From contig CAWGIE010000019.1 in assembly GCA_963822585.1 (NCBI GenBank), forward strand, positions 416,001 through 480,000: 64,000 bases of DNA, in the 5' to 3' direction. The stretch's first letter is position 1; every line of letters starts with the position of its first letter. Shown here piece after piece: positions 58,471 through 64,000 of this stretch. The notes under the pieces are model-generated. The model saw only the letters and a list, made by a program, of their open reading frames with translations. It did not search any database and was not told the DNA's origin. The DNA is from an uncultured bacterium. GTDB taxonomy: Bacteria; Auribacterota; Erginobacteria; Erginobacterales; Erginobacteraceae. A program made the position numbers and the translations under genes.

Positions 58471-60258
58471 TTATTGGGAAAAGATCAGCACGCTATAGGG
58501 GCCGATGGAAAGCGCCGCCTGAAAGGGAAGCCCGTCACGGGCGCCCGACTGGGCGACAATGTCAGTGCTCTGATGGTTTTTAAAGTCGTCATTGTAACCC
58601 TGCCAATCGCTGTTGAAACGGAGCTTCCAGGTTCCCGCGGCCGGGAAGCCGATTATGTATCCATCCTGGGCGTCACGGAAGAAGTTGGCGACGACCACGA
58701 CGTCATCCCCCGGCCCCCCCCGCTCCCAGCGCTGAAAGGCGAGGACCTTGCGTTCTTCGTTCTGATGATAGACCCGGGTGTACTGCCCGCAGAGGCCGCG
58801 GGTGAAACCGTCGCGATTGAGACGCAACCGGATGAGGTCGCGGTACATCCGGACGATGCCGTGAAACTCGTCGCTTTTGTCCCAATCAACGGGGACCGCG
58901 GCGCGGAAGCATCCGCCTTCGAGGAATTCCTGCCCCTGGAAAAGCATGGGAATGCCCGGGGCCGTGAAGACCATCGCGGCGGCCAGCGTGGAACGTTTTC
59001 GGGCGTACCAACCTTTGGGGTCGTTCGGGCTGATCTCCTGCGGCACCCGCACCCGTCCGTTCGACACCTCGTCATGGGACTCGCTGAAGATGACCCGCGC
59101 GAAGGCGTTGTCGTTGTAGCGGAAGCAGATGGCATCGCGGACGGCTCCCAGTGAGCGGTGCTGGTCCTGTAAAGCGGCCACCGCCCGGCGGATGGGGTGG
59201 ACGAACATGCCGTCCCACTGCGCGCCGAACCCGGCACCGCCGTCCGCCACGGCCCGGTTGAGCCGCTGGTTGTTTTGAAAATCCTCGGCGATCGTGATCC
59301 GGCCGGGGAACTTCCGCGCGACCCGGCCGTTGATCCACTGGAGCAGGCTCCAGCCATCGGGCAGCTCCCGATCTTCGGTACCGTGGACGGTGCGGATATA
59401 TTGAGTGCTGTCGAAGCGAAACCCGTCAATGTGGTATTCCTCGAGCCACATCAAGACGTTGTCGAGGATGTATTGACGGACCTCGCCGCGGCCGTAATCG
59501 GGCCGGGTCTCGCCCCACGGCGTGACGGCGCGGTCGTCGTTATAGAAGTAGATCCCGCCGCGATTGTTCTCGGACCAGCCGTCGAACTGCCAGAGATCGT
59601 TGTCGTCGGGGCCGAGGTGGTTGTAAACAACGTCCAGGATCACCGCGATACCCTCCCGGTGGGCGCGCCGGACGAACTGTTTGAACGCCAGCGGGCCGCC
59701 GTAGGTGTTCTCCACCGAGAAGATATGGGCGACGTTGTAACCCCACGACCGGTCTCCTCCGAAGACCCCCACCGGCATGATCTGGATCGCGTTGATGCCC
59801 AGATTTTTCAAATAACCCAGGCGCGCCGACACCGAGGAGAATGTGCCCGGGCGGCTGACGTCCTCCCGGTCGTTGAAGGTGCCGACATGAAGTTCGTAGA
59901 TGACCAGCTCGTTCCACGGCGCGATCTGGAAGTTGTCCCCCTGCCAGTCGAAGCCCGGATCGTAAACGACGGCGTTTCCCACCGAGCCGGTCACCAGGCG
60001 GGCATACGGGTCGATGCGCTGGAACTCCCCCGTCGGCGTGGAGAGGAGGAACCGATACTGATCGCCGGTATGAGCCTCGGCCACGTCGGCGTACCAGTAG
60101 CCGTTTTCCTCAGATTGCAGGGGATGCCGGGAGCCGTCCCAATCGTTGAACGATCCGATGACGGATACCCGCCGGGCATGGGGCGCCCACACGCGGAAAG
60201 CGACTCCCCGGGCGTGCGGGATCGACCCCATGCCTTGGATCCTGGTTTTATCGCTCAT
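58471..60258 (-). CDS. GH13 CBM48 enzyme (branching enzyme / TreZ-like)
   Basis: FRVWAPHA, DPYAR, IYELHVGTF, SWGYN, DVVYNHLG, DGFRFD, IAED, ESHDEV, PMLFQGQEF. Confidence 0.9.
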   Translation of the reverse strand: MSDKTRIQGMGSIPHARGVAFRVWAPHARRVSVIGSFNDWDGSRHPLQSEENGYWYADVAEAHTGDQYRFLLSTPTGEFQRIDPYARLVTGSVGNAVVYDPGFDWQGDNFQIAPWNELVIYELHVGTFNDREDVSRPGTFSSVSARLGYLKNLGINAIQIMPVGVFGGDRSWGYNVAHIFSVENTYGGPLAFKQFVRRAHREGIAVILDVVYNHLGPDDNDLWQFDGWSENNRGGIYFYNDDRAVTPWGETRPDYGRGEVRQYILDNVLMWLEEYHIDGFRFDSTQYIRTVHGTEDRELPDGWSLLQWINGRVARKFPGRITIAEDFQNNQRLNRAVADGGAGFGAQWDGMFVHPIRRAVAALQDQHRSLGAVRDAICFRYNDNAFARVIFSESHDEVSNGRVRVPQEISPNDPKGWYARKRSTLAAAMVFTAPGIPMLFQGQEFLEGGCFRAAVPVDWDKSDEFHGIVRMYRDLIRLRLNRDGFTRGLCGQYTRVYHQNEERKVLAFQRWERGGPGDDVVVVANFFRDAQDGYIIGFPAAGTWKLRFNSDWQGYNDDFKNHQSTDIVAQSGARDGLPFQAALSIGPYSVLIFSQ

Positions 60259-60360
60259 GATTGGTTTCTCCAGATGAAAAAAATGATATCGGGACAACCC
60301 GGGTAGAGTCAAATCTTTTCACAACCGCGAGATTTATCCGGATTGCATGTCAGGACAACA

Positions 60361-60395
60361 AAAAGGCCCGTCTCTTATATTGAAACGGGCCTTTT
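60361..60395. terminator. Bidirectional terminator-like hairpin
   Basis: AAAAGGCCCGT ... ACGGGCCTTTT. Confidence 0.6.
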
Positions 60396-60461
60396 ATCAA
60401 CTCCCGGGGCAGGACTTCTCTCGACCCTGATATACTTTTTCAGGAAATCCCGATTAACATA

Positions 60462-61052
60462 TCATGTCGAAGGCGATTTTCCGCCGGAGGCCCGGTGTTC
60501 TCCGGCGAGATGAGAACTCGCCGGATCAGCCTTTTGCGCCTCCACCCGCGCCAACCGTGTTCTCAATTCAGCGTTCTCAAGCTCCAGATCGGCCACGTGC
60601 CCTATCCGAAGCGCCATCGCGTCCACCATATGTCTTAATGCCACTGTCCGTTTCTCAACCATCTCTTCAAGATAGTTTTGATACTGGAGCAGCCTTTCCT
60701 CCAACCGGCGGCGATGCGCGGCGTAGCGGATGAGGAAGGAAACCGTGATCGCGCCGATCGCCGCTATCAACACGCTCTCCGCCATGATTTCGTTCCAGTT
60801 CACGGAAGCCTTTCCACCCCCAAAAATATACCGATAGAGGTCGAAAAGCTCGTTAAGCCAGGAGAGACTGATAAGGAGAATAAACAAGATCCCAACCGGA
60901 ATCCATATTTTGCCATGCGGAGGTGCGCCCTTCTCTTTCCGGACCGGGTCACCGGGGGGGGGCCACCCGTTCAACGAGGGGGATGCTTTCTCCCCTTCAC
61001 CAGGCATCGCGGTTTGGGATTCGGGCGCATTCTTCATAAGCTTGGTCTGCAC
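60462..61052 (-). CDS. Two-TM membrane protein with S-helix-like coiled coil (sensor stub)
   Basis: Two TM helices, then YQNYLEEMVEKRTVAL; no catalytic domain. Confidence 0.6.
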   Translation of the reverse strand: MQTKLMKNAPESQTAMPGEGEKASPSLNGWPPPGDPVRKEKGAPPHGKIWIPVGILFILLISLSWLNELFDLYRYIFGGGKASVNWNEIMAESVLIAAIGAITVSFLIRYAAHRRRLEERLLQYQNYLEEMVEKRTVALRHMVDAMALRIGHVADLELENAELRTRLARVEAQKADPASSHLAGEHRASGGKSPST

Positions 61053-61291
61053 ATTTTCATTAGACTGCCGTCAAATACAGGCGTTCAATATATCGAGTCA
61101 GTGGAAATAATCCCGGATAAAGCTTCAGTGCTTCTTGAGTAGCTTTTTTAGCCTGAGCCGTCATCTGGCACCCTCTGCAGGGAGAGCAGCCGGTTTATCT
61201 TCGAGTAGTCCAGTGCGGGAAAAACCATAAACTCTTTTAATTTGAATCATTCTATCTCCTTTCTATTCCGATCCCATTATATATCGAATTC

Positions 61292-62029
61292 TTACAGGAT
61301 CCATTTCCGCCTGATGTTTCGGAGGCTGGCGATGAAGAGTCCCAGACAGAAAAGAGCCAGGAGGGTGAAATCCACGGGGATAGGCAGGCGGGAGGCGTGG
61401 TTCAGGGCGCCGTGCAGAATGTCCGCGCCGTAGGTCAGGGGCAGGACATATGACAATGGCCGGAGCCAGAAGGGCAGTTTAGCAATGGGGAAAAAGAGGC
61501 CGCAGAGAAAAATCATGGGGAAACGGAAAAAATTGGAAAAAGTTTGGGCCTCGAAAACTTCGCTCACCGCGACGGCGATGAAGAGGCCGAGGAACGTGGA
61601 GCTGACGGCGATCAGGACCACGGCCGGAACCAGGATCATCCAGTCAACACCTGACAGATCGGTCAGGAAGGCGGCGATCGCCACCGGCACAAACGCGTTG
61701 ACGGTTCCGAAGAGGATGGCCCCCGAGGTCTTCGCCAGCATCAGCGCTTCCAGAGGAATGGGCGCAAGCAAAAGACGTTCGAATGATCTCCCTTTCTTTT
61801 CAAACGTCACGGTGACGGCGAGCATGCTGGTGGTGCCGAAGAGGACCGAGATCCCCATCACGCCAGGAAGGAAGGCCGGTATGCTCTCGAAACCCTGTCC
61901 GGAGCGAATGAAGAACATCGCGGTCCAGGCCAGGGGAAAGATCAACCCCCAGCTGATGTTGGGCGGTTTGAGATAGTAAGACCGCATATCCTTGAGGAGA
62001 ATGTTCCAGAAAGCGATCCATCCCTTCAT
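61292..62029 (-). CDS. ABC-2 type exporter permease
   Basis: EKKGRSFERLLLAP, PMIFLCGLFFP, PLTYGAD. Confidence 0.92.
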   Translation of the reverse strand: MKGWIAFWNILLKDMRSYYLKPPNISWGLIFPLAWTAMFFIRSGQGFESIPAFLPGVMGISVLFGTTSMLAVTVTFEKKGRSFERLLLAPIPLEALMLAKTSGAILFGTVNAFVPVAIAAFLTDLSGVDWMILVPAVVLIAVSSTFLGLFIAVAVSEVFEAQTFSNFFRFPMIFLCGLFFPIAKLPFWLRPLSYVLPLTYGADILHGALNHASRLPIPVDFTLLALFCLGLFIASLRNIRRKWIL

Positions 62030-63009
62030 CGTCCGCCTCCTTTTTTCTCCTTCTCCCCGCGCATGGCTGCCGCCGCGATCCCCGTAATCCGCACGAAGAC
62101 ATCCTCCAGGGAAAGGCGCATCCTCTTCGCTTCAGTCACCTCGGCCCCCCGCTCTTCCAGAAAGCGGACCAGCGGACCGACGGGAAGGGGACTTTCCGCC
62201 TCAACCCGGATCACTCCCCCGGAAAGGTCCTGAAAATCGATACCGGGGAAGCTGTCAGCGAGGTCACGCAGGATACCTTCCGGCACTGCGGCACCGGATA
62301 TCTGCAGGACATGCTTATCCCGCACCGGCTGGACAAAGCGATCGACCGCGTCTATCCCGACGACCCTCCCGGCCACGATGAAGGCGACCCGATCACAGAG
62401 CCGTTCCGCTTCCTCGATGTAATGGGTGGTCAGGAAGATGGTCGTCCCGGATTCGTGAAGATCGGCGATCAGTCTCCGAATCCGCCGGGCCCCGGTGACG
62501 TCGATGCCCGTGGTCGGCTCGTCCAGAAACAGTATCGGCGGCTGATGGATGATCCCGGCGGCGAGGGCGAGCCTTCGCTTCATGCCCCGCGAATAGCCGG
62601 CGAATTTCCGGTCCGACGCTTCCGCCAGGCCGAAAATACCGAGGAGATCCTCCGCCCGCGCCCGGCGCTGCTCCTTCCGCATTCCGTAGAGCGCCCCGCA
62701 GAAACAGAGGTTTTCAAATCCGGTCAGCTCGGGATAAAGATTGCTCTCGTCCGGAACGACACCGATCAAGTGTTGGGCGGCTTTGGGGTTATTCGCGCAA
62801 TCGACGCCGGCTATTCTGATAGCTCCCCCGTCCGGTTTCGCGAGGCCCGTGAGGAGGTTGATCGTAGTCGTTTTCCCCGCCCCGTTGGGGCCGAGGAAGC
62901 CGAAGAGCTCGCCCCGTCGCACCGTGAAGGAAATGCCGGCAACCGCCCTGACATCTCCAAACCGCTTGACCAGGTCCCGGACCTCGATCGCCGGATCATC
63001 TCTGTTCAT
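62026..63009 (-). CDS. ABC exporter ATP-binding subunit (DrrA-like)
   Basis: GPNGAGKTT, YSRGMKRR, FLDEPTTG, LTTHY, SLEDVF. Confidence 0.94.
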   Translation of the reverse strand: MNRDDPAIEVRDLVKRFGDVRAVAGISFTVRRGELFGFLGPNGAGKTTTINLLTGLAKPDGGAIRIAGVDCANNPKAAQHLIGVVPDESNLYPELTGFENLCFCGALYGMRKEQRRARAEDLLGIFGLAEASDRKFAGYSRGMKRRLALAAGIIHQPPILFLDEPTTGIDVTGARRIRRLIADLHESGTTIFLTTHYIEEAERLCDRVAFIVAGRVVGIDAVDRFVQPVRDKHVLQISGAAVPEGILRDLADSFPGIDFQDLSGGVIRVEAESPLPVGPLVRFLEERGAEVTEAKRMRLSLEDVFVRITGIAAAAMRGEKEKKGGGR

Positions 63010-63311
63010 TCTTCCTTCTCTTTCCTGTCGTTGCGACCCTTCTCCAACAGGCGGGCGGACATTTCTTTCCATCGCCGCAGCGTCTTATCATTCAACCGGT
63101 AATGCACGTAGTAGCCTCGTTTCCCCGCGATGACTACATCGGCATCCCGGAGAACGCGCAGATGCTGGGAGACGGCCGCCGGTGTAACACCGAGATGGTG
63201 GGACAGGGCATTAACGCATAAGGAGTGTACTTTCAGCAACTGCACGATCTTTACACGCGTGTCGACCGAGAGCACCTTAAACACTCTGGCCAATTTTTCC
63301 GCCTCGTTCAT
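63006..63311 (-). CDS. ArsR/SmtB family transcriptional regulator
   Basis: FKVLSVDTRVKI, LCVNAL, AVSQHLRVL, KRGYYVHY. Confidence 0.92.
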   Translation of the reverse strand: MNEAEKLARVFKVLSVDTRVKIVQLLKVHSLCVNALSHHLGVTPAAVSQHLRVLRDADVVIAGKRGYYVHYRLNDKTLRRWKEMSARLLEKGRNDRKEKEE

Positions 63312-63499
63312 CCGAACCGCCTCATTTATTTAAGTATTAATGCAGATACTATATGGTTGCTGTCGAATGTCAATGTCTCATTGCACCGGTCCTGATTATG
63401 GCGATATTTTCATATCCCATCCGTGTAATACCGGAATTCATCACCCGGATAGAGATCAGGGCGAGTAACGACAGCCCCGGTTTCCGGCAGATTGCCTAC

Positions 63500-63749
63500 C
63501 GGGTAGCTCCTCCAGCTGGGTATGGGCGGTGTCGCGATGGCCGGGATGACTTATTTCCTTACCCCTTCCTGCTTTCTGGATTTCAGTTATGCCCACGCGA
63601 GGACGGAAAACCATACCTATAACTTTTCCGGCCTCTTGACCAACCCCCATGGCGCCGACGGGACGGCAATCACCGGCACGCTGGATGGTTCCTTCTCCGG
63701 GAAGGTGATTACACAAGGGCTTACACTCACAGTCAATCTGGCGTTCTGC
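63500..63749 (+). pseudogene. Probable remnant of the C-terminus of an outer-membrane beta-barrel gene
   Basis: SSSSWVW/GGVAMAGMTYFLTPSCFLDFSY...QGLTLTVNLAF has alternating barrel strands and a terminal-Phe signature; followed by TGC instead of a stop and then a hairpin. Confidence 0.45.
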
Positions 63750-63778
63750 ATTGAACGGCGGTTTGTAAACAGACCAGA

Positions 63779-63812
63779 AAAAAGGAGGGGGCCATCCGGC
63801 CCCCTCCTTTTT
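63779..63812. terminator. Bidirectional intrinsic terminator
   Basis: AAAAAGGAGGGGGCC-ATCC-GGCCCCCTCCTTTTT. Confidence 0.75.
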
Positions 63813-63926
63813 ACTGAATATTATCTTCGCCCTTGCTTTCTCCGTATTCTTCATGGACAATTCCAACCCAGGAATCGGTCCTTCTGCATCAGTTATTTAA
63901 CTATTTAACGCCGTCCCTTACTTTAA

Positions 63927-64000
63927 ATGCAGATTGTCGATAATATTGAGCCGTTGGTGACGGCGCTGATCTTCGCCGGCATTTTCTACTTTGGAGGAAT
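63927..64000 (+). CDS. Possible 5' end of a membrane protein gene running off the window
   Basis: MQIVDNIEPLVTALIFAGIFYFGG, open to the window end. Confidence 0.35.
   Translation, partial: MQIVDNIEPLVTALIFAGIFYFGG

Noticed and set aside
61130..61225. Structured RNA or riboswitch upstream of the 60462..61052 gene
   Set aside because: There is some pairing potential but no match to a riboswitch consensus I can recognise; an Rfam/Infernal scan would be needed.

Overview
GC-rich bacterial chromosomal window (probably an anaerobic diderm; the repeated surface-protein tail recalls uncultured PVC-related lineages, unverified). No rRNA, intact tRNA, CRISPR or transposase was seen. Left to right: 3' end of an RND transporter; a CPA2 antiporter-PTS EIIA fusion split by a G10 tract; an EF-hand protein; a xanthine-dehydrogenase-family L/M/S operon; a perR-dpsL-ferritin-like cluster; a trehalose operon (otsA-otsB-GH-treS); ribF; rubrerythrin; an SbtM-type radical SAM/SPASM maturase with a 58-aa SbtA-type precursor that the ORF track missed; proA; an MBOAT pair; an ECF sigma cluster with a duplicated anti-sigma/Spy pair; a second, split EIIA-CPA2-PII-like module; GT4 and methyltransferase genes; a two-component system next to a sigma54 promoter in front of a phosphate-transport operon; a GH53; two B12 radical SAMs; a GH13; and an ArsR-ABC exporter. 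The most striking feature is that four secreted proteins with different N-terminal cargo all end in the same 6x40-aa FG-GAP-like domain terminating in P(V/A)TR-stop, and a fifth decayed copy of that tail is present. This suggests a lineage-specific surface-display or sorting module. All assignments come from motif recognition by eye; no searches were run.
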